Source: Saccostrea cucullata
Lineage: Eukaryota
Length of the DNA: 64,000 nucleotides
Direction: 5' to 3'
Assembly: GCF_032062105.1 (NCBI RefSeq)
Contig: NW_026933222.1
Location: 186,001-250,000 of the forward strand
This document shows, one piece after another, positions 13,065 through 25,375 of this stretch (position 1 is the stretch's first letter; every line of letters starts with the position of its first letter). The notes beneath the pieces were generated by a model. It was given only the letters and a program-made list of their open reading frames with translations. It was not told where the DNA came from and ran no database searches. A program made the translations under genes and the position numbers.

Positions 13065-15102
13065 TGATTGAAATCGATTGAAACATTGATTGTAAAGAAA
13101 ACTTAAGGAAGGCCCACACTTTTACGGATCCGGTTCTAATTTTACACATCAATATAAATTTCTGATTTTCACTTGTCTATTGATATAAAATCTTTTTGGG
13201 TGATTGAAAATAATTATGCAAGTATATATTTATTTATTATAGTGTTATTGTGCATACAAAGCATTTTATATACATTGTTTATGGAAATTAACACTTTGCA
13301 CTCTGTCCATAAGATCTATCTGCCATTAAGTACATACACAGACACAAAATTCTTAATTACGTTCATGGACCTAAATCTTTTTAATTTTCTTTTAAGCAAA
13401 CTAACCTGAGATCTATTTTTATTAATTTAAAGCCTATATAATCCATTTAATTATTTCTTTTTAAAAATTTTGCAATGAATAACTTAAAAAATTGATATTA
13501 CAAAAATGGGGGTATACGTATTCAAAAGACTGTTTTGTTAAAATTCTCTGGCCAACCACAATAAAGTATGTATTTTTGGTAACATCAGATATAATTCTTA
13601 ATAGTTTTAAAGAAAAAATGGTATCTAAACAGGTTGGATTTTGAGAATTACAAAAAATGAAGATATTTTGAGATTTTTTTCTGAGAGACTTGGACAGATT
13701 CAACATCAATTTGTTAATGTTTTGCAGTAAAGATTTCAAATATTCTCTTGGCAAATGAATATTTTTGATCTTCATAAGTTTTAACATAAATTTGATATGA
13801 TTTGGTGCATAACTAAAAGAAATATGATATCACACTTCTTCATGTTCAATTTTGGCTGTTGAGTTTTTAGAGGTATGTGCTCTGAGACATGTTTTATGAA
13901 AATTAACTTGCAAAGATATGTCTTTTATGGGTGTTTTAGTTAGTTTAAGACTTATTCAAAGTATTTACATTAAAAAATTATTAGTTTGACAGAAAATTCT
14001 GAAAGTACGGACCTACCTTAAAAGTTAAATATCTTGGAGTTTTGATCGACAAATGTTTAAGTGGTGAATACATTGTTGAATCGATTGTCCAGAAAGTAAA
14101 TAATAGATTGCGATTTCTGTACCGACAGGCCCGGTTTTTAGATACTTTTTGTAAAATGACTGTGTTCAGCATTAATACAATGCCATATTGATTACGCCTG
14201 TAGTGCTTGGTATGCAGGGCTATCCAAAACTTTAAAGAAAAGGTTACAAATTTGTCAAAACAAGATGGTTCGTTTTATTTTGAATTTAGGTCCACAGGCA
14301 TCTGTTAATTACGAAATACTTAGTCAATTAAATTTATTAAATATTCAAGATAGAGTTTCTCAGCTTAGACTCAACCATGTTTTTAATATTTTTCAAGGAA
14401 AAGCCCCTTCTTATCTTAATGAACATTTTATACTACGGTCAAATTTTAGTAGCTATCATACTAGATCAGTCTCAAATGCAGATTTTGTCGTTCCAATAAC
14501 TAAGCAAAAGCAATCTGAATCATTTTATTTTAATGGAATCAAAGACTGGAACATGTTACCAGCAGAAATTAAACCTGTTTTAAATACTGGAAATAATTTT
14601 GCTTTTAAAAGAAGTGTCAAGAAATTTTTATTAGAAAGGGGAATTGCCCAGTGTAAAAGTCAAGTTGTGTTTTATTAGTTTTTATTATTAGTATAAGTTG
14701 TTCCAATTACAATCATGTGAATATTTGGTATACATTCATAATACACTTCATTTTTAAGGATCTCTGTGTTGTCAACTTGATCCCATATCTTAGCTATAGT
14801 ATTTTAATTTTATATTTATCTGCTTATATTATTTAACATCCAATTAAAATATACATGTTTGAGTATAAGGACCCCATTGGAAATAAGCCATTGGCTTTCA
14901 TGGGTTATCCTTGGTATACAAATATAATCTTATGTGAATCAAATTTATTAATTCATGTCTTTCAAAAATGATTGATTCCGATATTTTATATTAATTATAT
15001 TGTTTAATGCCATCTTTTATATATATATATCTTAAATTATATTGTGAATATTGCAACGTATGTGTAGTACTGTATACCAAATAAATATCTATCTATCTAT
15101 CT
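13065..15102 (+). mobile_element. 5'-truncated CR1/L2-group LINE inserted near the end of the left LTR
   Basis: RT C-terminus VKYLGVLIDKCLSGEYIVESIVQKVNNRLRFLYRQA from ~14024, ORF 14265-14678, then AATAAA plus (TATC)n tail. Absent from the right LTR. Confidence 0.85.
13107..14017. mobile_element. Kolobok-like non-autonomous DNA transposon nested in the LINE
   Basis: TTAA TSD at 13103-13106 and 14018-14021. Termini GGAAGGCCCACACTTT and (reverse complement) GGTAGGTCCGTACTTT. Confidence 0.8.
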
Positions 15103-15113
15103 AATATTTCACA

Positions 15114-15128
15114 TTATCCCCTCCTTTG
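15114..15128 (-). promoter_or_regulatory. Polypurine tract of the Gypsy element
   Basis: Minus strand AAAGGAGGGGATAA directly before the LTR start TGTGAAAT. Confidence 0.85.
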
Positions 15129-16686
15129 AAAAATTGTTCGTCCTCGAACAAAAAATGTTAAAACAAGTAATATTTGTATGCAATGGTATAATAAACAATT
15201 ATAATGAAATATCGATTTAGAATAGCCCGTAGATTTACAACATGAAATAATACAATTTTTCTTTTCACATGAAGACACTGAATCCAGTAATGTTTGCAGT
15301 GATGATCCACTCAGATGAAGTTAAGATACAGTCAAAGGTAATTGTATGAATTATCACACAGTTATATTTCTATACATATATCATAAAATATTGCAACTAA
15401 AACATGATCCATTACAAAAATGGTCATCATTCCTTTCAATAAAATAAATATTTTCAAAAATCCATCCCCCTCCCAAAGCATACTCAAAGTTGCTTATAAT
15501 TCTAACTAATACCCCTATTAATATAAAAGTCTTTATACCTATACCATATAGTCTCACAGTCCATAAGTCAGCATCATCATTGTGAAAGAAGAAAGTTTGT
15601 TTCACATCACACAGAATTCCTGTTTCCCTTAACTTCCACAAGTTAGAGTATAAATTGGCGGTTACCACGTCTAATTGACATCTCTGGCGATCTTAACAAA
15701 TTAGTTTATTAATCAGGTTAATATATCTGGAATGCCTGTAACAAGGAGTGGATGATCCGTTTTAATATTGCTCATAATTATGTGATCTCTAATTGTAGGT
15801 GGTTACTCAAGATGTAGGGTAGAGTGTCACTTGACAGCTAGAACATTATGGCATGCAGGCAGGAGTCTTGGTTTGCATTTATCCTTCCTGTGCTGATCAA
15901 ACTGCATGTGGACTTGTATCAAACTTTTTCAAACAACCATAGACCAGTGCTGTTTATTCTTAAAGGCACTCATAAAAAGGTAAACAGGTCTAGTAAAAGT
16001 AATACAATCATATGTGATGTCCAATCAGTCAATTGACTATTGTTAATTCATAATAATTCTGAAGGATTGTAGAAAATGTTACAGTTTTCCATAAAACTCT
16101 GAGAAGATAAAGGTGTACTGCTTAATTGCCACTGTCATGTTGTACTGTATCCTGTACTCTAGGTCACTAAGTTTATTTTATTTATTAAACTGATGGTATA
16201 ATGTCACTCCAATGTTTTAGTAAATTTTGGATAGATGCCAATCTTTTGCTTTTTATTACAAATTAAGCCAATGGCTCTGTCTTGAAGGAAACTTGTTTTG
16301 CATTATGATCATAATGACATTTCTGTCTGTGACTTAAGCTTCAATTAAGCATTTTCAATTAATATTGTAAATGTTGAATAATGAAATTTTAAATCTATTG
16401 TAGGCGGTCAACCAAATAAAAGATCCACAGGCAGTGCTGGTTCCCTGCCCAAATCAACAAACTGCACTGGTAACTTTATGCTCTCACAAACTGAAGATCT
16501 GTATGCCAGTAGTTATACAAAAGGTAAGTATTTATATCCTAGTCTTTCCAAGAAATTGACATATATATTGTAAGTATAGCTGTGAGAGTCCTGTTGAAAT
16601 GTTCAAATCTGTCACTCTGAGGTGAATGGATGCTGCTAATTTGTTTTATCTATTCTGAGAATTTCATACTTCTCTTGAAACATTAG

Positions 16687-17010
16687 TTAAAATTGTGTGC
16701 CTTGGTCAGTATGTACTTGACGATGAATACCAAATTTACAAACAAACTCATTGAGAAATACTCTTGCAATTGTTTTTGCTTTAATATTTGGAAGTACAAA
16801 AGCCTCAGTCCATCTAGTAAAATAGTTGACAATGACTGATATATCTGACTTTCCTTTAGGAGTTCTGTTCAAGGGACCTACAATATCCAGAGCAACCCTT
16901 TCCAGTGGACCACCAACAATATATTGGTTCAATGGAGCCTTAGGAGTGCAGGTTGATGGATTGCTTGATTGACATCGTTGACATTCCAGACAAAACTGTT
17001 TTATTTCCAA
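16687..17010 (-). pseudogene. Gypsy integrase core fragment
   Basis: CLECQ zinc-finger end, ERVALDIVGPL, VNYFTRWTEAF, HTDQGTQF; flanked by stops and frameshifts. Confidence 0.9.
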
Positions 17011-17971
17011 CCCAGTAAAACCTCTGTCTGACTTAGGCTAAAGTTCTGTTCACTCCAAAGTGTCCATCTGTAGGGTCACTATGCAACATTGTTAGGGCCT
17101 GAGGTATGTATTTTTTCAGGTAAAATCATATATAATAACAAGACATTTTCAGTTTTAGCAATAAAACCTTTTTTTTTTTAAATATATAAAATATTGACTG
17201 AAACAAAAATTCTGTCCCACTGGGAACAGTTTTGATTTGTGAACTCTTGAGAAATATCCTCTCACCCTGGTCTAGGAATATTATTCCTCTTCCAAGTATA
17301 TAATTCTTACACTCAATCTGTTCTTCTTTTGCTGAACTTCCAAATCAAATATTATAACAATTAAAGTAAATCTTGATTATCTACAAAACAAAAATGTCAG
17401 ATTCTTGAAAATTCTGACCAGTTGTAGGTGTAAATCTGATCATCCTGACTGCGATGCTTTGAAGTTTTTCTTCATGAAAATAGTTAATTTTCTTTTTAAC
17501 ACAATGTGTGCACTCAGCATATGCACGACTTTACAACCCATCAGCATTTTCATGCTGGGAATCTACTCTATGATGAATATCGAAATCATGTGTTGATAAA
17601 ATTTGTGGCCTCTTGACCTTCTCAATCTGGGTTTTTGTATTTAAGGAATGATATCTCAGTGCACCATAGTCAGTGCGAATGAGAAACTTTTTACCAATTC
17701 AGTAAATGGTCAAAATCTTTGACTGACTCATTTATTCCAAGTAATTCTCTTTTGATAACACAGTACATGCAGTTTATTTCACTACATATAGTGACTTGCT
17801 TAAGTAAGCAACAACTTTATCTCTAACTTGACACGCGTTTGTAACATGAATTCTTCAATATGCCAAATGCACTGGCATCTACATGTATATATAAAATGAA
17901 ATTCTCATCCAGAGATGGGTATCCTTAAATAAGGAAGGTAACAAGGCAATTTTTATAATGAAATTGCGTAT

Positions 17972-18124
17972 NNNNNNNNNNNNNNNNNNNNNNNNNNNNN
18001 NNNNNNNNNNNNNNNNNNNNNNNNNNNNNNNNNNNNNNNNNNNNNNNNNNNNNNNNNNNNNNNNNNNNNNNNNNNNNNNNNNNNNNNNNNNNNNNNNNNN
18101 NNNNNNNNNNNNNNNNNNNNNNNN
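17972..18124. other. Assembly gap (N run)
   Basis: Run of N inside the Gypsy pol region. Confidence 1.
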
Positions 18125-18185
18125 TCCAACTTTGTTCTTTTCTTCAATCGTTGATAAAATGATATTTGATGCCACATCAGTTTTT

Positions 18186-18900
18186 TCACCATTGTCTCAA
18201 CTTTGATATTGAACTTGATTTTTTTTTATTTGTCATTTTGTATATTTTCAGCTTCTTGAGAGAAAAATGACGCAGCTCGTCATCCCTTGAGAGTGGGGTA
18301 GCATCATGCGCCACCTGCATTCCTACCCTTCCATGTTTCTGAAATATTGTGTGCTTCCTACTATTTTGGAAGGCTTCAAATTCAAGAGCGAGTTGGACAG
18401 CATCTTCAACAAATTTTGATTTACCTTGGTGGACAGTCCATTCAATTTCATATTTATTCAGTGAATCTATAAAACAGTTCCGAGCCAACTGTTCTCGGCC
18501 TTCAGATGATGCATCTGGATATGCATATCTAACCAACTTTTTAATTCATTATAAAGGTCAGTGAGAGATTGACATCTCTTTTTCTCAATCAATTCTTTAT
18601 TTGTGCTCTGTACAAAGTTTTGTATTTGAACCTCTATGATAGAGTTTGAACTATATAGTTATAAATCTTTTGTATATATATATTCAGTAACAATCACCAT
18701 GAGCACTATTTGTGCCCCCATAAACTTGTTGCAAGCTGAATAGCTTTAACTTTGTTGTTCCCATCATTAAGTTATAAATAAATATGATACAATTCTAAAT
18801 TGAAATTGAAGGTATAAATAATCTCTCCAACTGCTCTTCCCTTCAAATGTTGCAGATTTCATCAGATCCTTAGCAATCATCTCACCAACACACTCAGCAG
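18186..18900 (-). pseudogene. Gypsy gag fragment
   Basis: ATFEGKSSWRDY and VRYAYPDA..REQLARNCFIDSL..AVQLALEFEAF; frameshifted. Confidence 0.8.
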
Positions 18901-19835
18901 TACGCGCTCGACCCTGAGGGCTGTGAGATGGAGACTGAGCCATTCCCTGGGCTGCAGGTTGGGTGGACCATGACCATGCGTCCATGGCCGAATGTGAACA
19001 TACGCCTTCCATAGGCGGCTTATCCATGCAGGACTGTTGAGCGGACTTACCTGCCGTCTCACCTGATGGGATCCTAGAATAATATTATTCTTCTCCGAAC
19101 ATACCTGACCATTTATGACAGTATTGAACTTAGGCCTATGAGAAAAACATGATTTCATCTGACATAATGAAATGTCAGGGCCAAAGGAACCAGCCTCCAC
19201 TAAATTATCAGTAGTCCCAAGTTCGTATGAACGGGCACATCTATTAGTAGTACCCAGACCACCCGAGAGTATCCTATTGTTAACTGACAGTGGGCCCTGG
19301 TCGTCAGAAAACGATACAAGTGAATTCCATACGGAATCGCATCTCCGTGGCCCTTTAGTACCAATTTTGGTTTCTAAAATGTTCACCCTTTCCACCACGT
19401 AGTACTCATCTCGCTGATCTGACCTCAAAATGAATGCTCTTCAGGCATTCCTACAAAGAATTACTATAATTTATACTGACTCCAGACATCAATGTTCTGG
19501 AACACTGTGTAGATTCAGATTGCTCATTTCTCTCAAATGTGTTATATTTTACATTAAATCAATAAATGGTACTTCTCCATTAGGAGTGGCATCAAATTTT
19601 TTTTTTAACCAGACTTGTTTCATTACTTTGGCCATCTGGGAGTTGAGTCTGCAGAACGTCCACTAATACTGCTGTGCCCTCACCTGCCCCTGACTAACCA
19701 ACACAGAATTTATTAAGTAACATCATTTGGTCACTATCTTCGTTGCTAAGTCACAAAAATATGACAAAATCAAAATATTCTGTGAAATTGAGATGATCAA
19801 AAGATTCTCTGGTAATGAAATGATCAAGGATTTTC

Positions 19836-19853
19836 ATCCCACCGCTGCCACCA
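19836..19853 (-). promoter_or_regulatory. Primer binding site complementary to the 3' end of tRNA-Leu
   Basis: Minus strand TGGTGGCAGCGGTGGGAT, 6 nt from the LTR; the plus strand reads ATCCCACCGCTGCCACCA, like a tRNA-Leu 3' end with CCA. Confidence 0.85.
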
Positions 19854-19859
19854 AATTTC

Positions 19860-21131
19860 TGTAACGTGCCCGAAGTATGAGGCTTATGTAATTTGATCAA
19901 ATCTCCAATGAAGGAGATATATTTCATTGTAACCAATATATATGGTATTTCCTGGTAATTTGTTAATTGGTAATCCTTGTTGATTTGGTAAATAAATCCC
20001 TGTGTTGGTCAGTAAAATATTGCATTGCAGAGACAAACAAGAGCACAACATAAGATTATGTAAATTTCAACAATGATTTAATTAACGTAATAAATGTAAT
20101 ACAGATGTCTGGATAACCAATTAAATAATCAAACAATGGTGATGTAATACATTTGGTCAGATCGGACGTCACATATTATGATTTGGTCACGTTTTATGAT
20201 TTGGTAACGCTATTATGATTTGGTAAAATGATGACTATTGATTTTCCGTAATAAATCAATTTGGTCAAATGTAAACAATGGTAAAACTTCGTAGAGACTG
20301 TTGAATTCCTTAATAAATCTATTTGGTCAATATAATCTATAGTAAAAACTCCCCAACCGTTAGTTATATCAGTATTTATGTACAATTTCTATGAAAGTTG
20401 TTGAGCAGACGTTCTGCAGAGTCAAACTGAAACTTCAGCGTCCGTGGCGACGCTTATATAGGGTAAACTACCGGACATGCGCAGTGCGCTTTACCTAACC
20501 AAAAGGGAAAGTATAGACCAAAATGGCAGACGATACTAACAACATCGCCGAAGTGGGACAAACCATGAAAAATACGAACAATGTGACGCCGAATCGTAAA
20601 ACAAATACATAGTAATAAACAATGAAGGTAAGTTGCATAAAAATGTACAATACAAGTTGCGTATAAGTTAACAATAATAAAATAATGACGTTCGAGGACG
20701 GAGAACAATAACCTAAACCCCCCTTGTAAATTAGAATCTTCCGAATCGCCATGACCAAAAAGGAAAACAACGTGATCGACAGACACACATGAAAAACGGT
20801 ATTTACGATCAATTTAAACAATGTACTGTAAGTAAAATGAAATAAACATTCATAATAAATACTGTTTCAATCATAAGAGTCCATAATTTTACGTATCAGT
20901 CCATATTTCCTCCGTGGTAAACTTGGTCATTTACCAAACATGAAAGTGTAGGATTTACCAAACATGAAATAACAGGAAGTACCAAACATCGTTTTATAGT
21001 ACACTCTATAGTAATGTTTACAGTTCAAATATAATTGCTGTAAGAGAAATCATGTACAAATAATGATTACAAACTAATTATACACATATGACATATAGGG
21101 GGGGGGGGTCTCAAAACACAAATATTTCACA
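19860..21131 (-). repeat. 5' LTR of the Gypsy element
   Basis: Roughly 99% identical by eye to the joined segments 9262-9961, 12509-13064 and 15106-15113. Confidence 0.95.
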
Positions 21132-21544
21132 GCCTACCTTTGGGTACCAACAACTTTGACCTTGGAGTTTAACTTGCATTTGAGAAATTTCATTCCTCGA
21201 TATGAGCTGCCATCAGTGTTTCACAAACACATTTTGTTTCTTCATGGGATTTAATGGTCTCTTGATAATAATACAACACTGTAATGGATCCCTAGAAGTG
21301 TACAGTAAAACTGATAAAGGTTGATGCATTGCCTATATAAAAGCAATAGAAATATGGAATTTAAAACAAAATGGTCAGTGTAGTACTCCGTAACAAATCA
21401 TACGTAGCAGATCAATTTAATTGTCTGTACTCGCAGTGTTAGTACTGCATTCCTAATTTACAATATCAATATATAGATTCAATTAAAACAAATAATGCTT
21501 TCAAATATATGATGTTGTTGTTTTTTTTTCAAAATAAAACAGAC

Positions 21545-24075
21545 GCGATCCCACTGCACCACCAGAATCTCTAACCCAGGGGTCATGGATTTCATAGTAT
21601 TTGGAGATACATACTCGTACTTGCTCGGCATAACCATGGAGTACGTTTGTCATCTAAATACCAAGGAGCATAGATTTTTGAAGATTTTATGCATTTTTGT
21701 ACAATCAATAAAACCCCACCCTAATACGAGACTTTTAAAATTATTTCAAGGGCCACAAATTTGGAAAAATGCACCCTTGGCATCCATGACCATACAATTA
21801 TTTTTTCTAGTTAATACCCAAGAGCAGAAAAGATTTTCAAAGGATAAAAGCATTTTATTTATATGTATAATAGATCTTCGCCCTAACATCAGAATCCCTG
21901 ACCCAGGGCCATGAATTATACAGATTTGTACAAAGCACCTTTTTTTCATATTCATGCACATAGTTTGTCTGCCTTCTACATCGAAGCAGAGAAAAATGCT
22001 TTTTAAAGAATTAATGTATGTTCACAATTTGATCAATAGAGCCCCACCCAACATCAGGGTCCCTGATTAAAAGGCAATGAATTTCACAATCTTTGCTCTT
22101 TCTAACCATGCAATAATAGTTGTTTACTTAATAAATGGGAGCAGAGATTTTCGATGAAATATCTTTGATACTGAGAACCCAGTCCTTAGACCACCACTGA
22201 CCAAGGGACCATGAATTCACAACTTTAGAAGATTCATGTACATCCCTGCTTACCATAGTCATGCTCTTAATTTCATCCTCCCATCAAAACACTCCTACAT
22301 CTTTTTGATCACATGATAAAGCCTGTTGCATTATATGGCTGTGAAATTTGGGGAACCCTTACAGCACGCATACAAGATAAAAACAAACATTTATACGATA
22401 TTTTTAAAGAGTGGGAGGCAGAAAGCTTAAATATCAAATTTTGTAAATATCTATTGGAAGCTGGGAAGAAAAGTACTAATATTGCAATAATTTCTGAACT
22501 GGGAAGATACCCTATGTATTTTTCAATTATTCAAAACATCTTATTATACTGGCATAGGTTGCAATCAAGTCCAGAATCTTCCCTGTTACATAAAGCATAT
22601 ACAGAAAATATTAACCTTAGTCAAGGCAATATTAACTGCTGGTACAAAAATGTAATTTATTATAGTAAGAAAATTAATCTCTCATTACCAGAATGTAAAA
22701 CATACAAAAACACATTTTTAAAAAAACAAGTTAAGAAACATTTGAAAAAACACTTCCTACAATATTGGAAAATGAAATGTGAAGAGGGACTGGAATCTGG
22801 AAAACTTACTACTTATTTTATGTTTAAAGAAAATTTTATAATGGAAAAATATATGTACATTAAATCTCATGAAATAAGAAAATCCATTTGCAGATTTAGA
22901 ATAAGTGCTCATGACCTAAGAATTGAAAAAGGCAGATATGAATCTGTAAAAAATAATGCTGGTCAAAGAATCCCCTTAGATAGAAACAAAAGAATATGTT
23001 TCATGTGTGACCAAAACAATATAGAAGATGAATATCATTTTCTTACTGAATGCCCATTATATACTGAGGAGAGAGATAAATTTTTTCGTGATATCTCATT
23101 ACTAAACAAAAATTTCATATTATTATCAAAAGGAGACAAATTTCTCTGGTTAATGTCTAATGAAGATAATCTAATTATTACAAAGCTAAGTGAATATCTT
23201 GTCAAAGCCTTCAAAATAAGGCATAATGCCATGAGTTTTCATAAATAATGTTATAGACACATATTTATTTGTAAACTGGTATATATGTATATTGATAATA
23301 TTGATTTTGATTGCATGTTAATTAACAATTTGATAACCCCAACTGCTGCATCTACATGTCCAGTTACTTGTAATATTATATCAGATATATACATGTGTGT
23401 GTATGTGTGTTTATGTTTGTATATGTTTACTATAACCTTTCTTTTAGAACTTTCTATCTTGTCATTGTAAGAAACCTTTATGCCTTCTGGGCCCAAAATT
23501 GGAAATAAAATTATCTTATCTTATCTTATACTAATTTTCCAAGAGCAGAGAAGTTTATTTAAAGAGTAGTCCTGTTTGCAATAGAGCCCGCTTTACATCA
23601 GAGCCCCTGATCCAATAATATCTTGTAACTTTAGGGACACCTTTACTTAGCATTATTTAAACCATGTACTGTGTTTATGTGCTAAATATACAGGGAAAGA
23701 GATGATTTTGTTAGAGAGAATTTAAGCATTTTTAAAAAAATTATCATTAGAGCCCCGCCTTAACTCAAGAACTCTTGATCCCGGGGCCTTGCTTTTCAGA
23801 ATTTTGGTAAAAAGCTTTATGCTCATATCAATCATATTAACAGTTTGCTTTATGTCCAGGAGTAAAAAAGGGTTTTAAAGCTGGAATTAGTTTTGATCGT
23901 TTTAGCAACATACCTCAAATTAAAAAAAAATGATTTCCTTAAACATTTGATGTTATATTCTAAAAATGATGGAAATTAGTTCAGCGGTTCCTGAGAAGCT
24001 GAAAACGTTAAAGAACGCCGAACAACGACGGACAATAACAGAAAGCAATAAGATGTGTTTGTGAACCACTGATGC
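21545..24075. repeat. Old, degenerate HINE/satellite array related to the 166-bp repeat; hosts a LINE fragment
   Basis: Recurring GCCCC(A/G)CC..CCAGGGGTCATGAATT..GAGCAGAGAAGATTTT motifs. Boundaries approximate. Confidence 0.55.
22285..23530 (+). mobile_element. 5'-truncated non-LTR retrotransposon (RTEX/RTE-related), C-terminal ORF 22313-23248
   Basis: LYGCEIWG, ELGRYP, RFRISAHDLRIEKGRY, C-terminal CxxC..EDEYHFLTEC zinc finger; AATAAA plus (TATCT)n tail. Confidence 0.85.
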
Positions 24076-24079
24076 TCTC

Positions 24080-24580
24080 GTGTATCAACATAGTGAAGAT
24101 TAAACTTTTCTTAAATGCAAATTCAAATTGTTGGTACCCAAAGTAAGGTCTTCTCACAAGCAATAGAATTGTCAAATATGAAAGCCCTAGCACCACCTGT
24201 TCAAAAGTTATGGCCAAGAATACGTTTTTGAAAGGTGGGTCAAACTCCAGGGTCAAGATCAAACGGTCAACTTTGTTGGTTTCTAAGGAAAGGTCTTGTC
24301 ACAAGGACTATACATGTGAAGTGTAAAGTCCCACCCCCTAACCCTTCAAAATTTATGGTCAAGTTTTTTTTTAAAGTATGTTAAACGTCAAGGTCAAAGG
24401 GTACAAGGTCTTGATATCAAATGAAAGGTCTTCGGATTGTAAAAAGCCTTAACCTTACCGTTCAAAAGTTATTGCCAAGGTTTTTTTAAGTACGAAAATC
24501 TCCAAGGTCAAGGTCAAAGTTGTTGGTGTTCAATGGAAGGTCTTGTCACAAAGAATCTTCGATTACGGGGGCATAAAAAA
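24080..24580 (-). mobile_element. HINE-like element related to 8927-9261, in inverted orientation
   Basis: TTCGATTACGGGGGCATAAAAA is the near reverse complement of the 8927 start; AAGGTCAAGGTCA core. Confidence 0.6.
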
Positions 24581-24964
24581 GGCATAACGGACCTAAACTC
24601 TACATGGATCTAAAATTATTTCTTGCGGAAATCTATTTATTTCCATCTGAGGAAATGCATTACTAGTAGTCTTATGGTATTAGTTCTCAGTTTCATACCA
24701 ATCTTGTGCACAGAATGAGATGACAACATATATTGCACCATTTGATTTGTTCATCATCATACCATATTATTTGTTCCAGTACATCAGTTGTAAATTTGAT
24801 TTGTTCGTTTAAGGGTAGATATATTACATGTATGTGCTTCTTAATCATCCCATCCCGTTAATTCAAAAATTTCAACATGTAGCCGAACATTTATATATCT
24901 TGATTTCTCCTTTCTTGTGGACTTAAATTCCACCTCGTCAATAATAATGGGTCAAACTCTCTGG

Positions 24965-25375
24965 CACAGGCGCTTGTTTCATGCAATAGGCTATTTTTTA
25001 CACTATATAATAACAGTATAAACTAGAGGTACTGTGAGCAATGAGCTCACTAAATGATACCCCCCGCCTCCCATGTGAATATAATGGCAGTGTCCATATT
25101 TTGCTCTGGAAAATCAAAAATATATGTCAGATCAAAAAGTAAAATAGGAGGTGCACAATGGCAATATGTAATTAAGAATCTGTGAAAGTTTCTTTAAATT
25201 TCCTTCAGTGGTATGAGAGGAGTTGCGGATAAGAGATGGGTACCCCAAAGCGTAACAGACGGACGGACAGACGGACGGACGGAAATACCGATTACTATAT
25301 ACCCTCCCACTTTTCAAGCGGGGGGGGGGGGGGGGGGGTATGAAAATAGCCTATTGTGTGAAACAAGCGTCTGTG
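24965..25375. mobile_element. CACAGG-terminated MITE (8-bp TSD, P-like) with a small HINE (~25020-25342) inserted in its centre
   Basis: TSD CTCTCTGG at 24957-24964 and 25376-25383; TIR CACAGRCGCTTGTTTCA..CAATAGGCTATTTT. The inner element carries (GACG)n and hairpin termini. Confidence 0.8.

Larger units (their letters stand above)
9262..21131 (-). mobile_element. Gypsy/Ty3 LTR retrotransposon, internally decayed
   Basis: TG..CA LTRs: 19860-21131 intact (1272 bp) and 9262-15113 interrupted. PBS 19836-19853, PPT ~15114-15127, gag remnant 18186-18536, rve integrase remnant 16687-17010 (ERVALDIVGPL...HTDQGTQF), degenerate RNase H ~17560-17960. Confidence 0.95.

Noticed and set aside
17879-18206. 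ORFs containing X runs
   Set aside because: Artefacts of the N gap.
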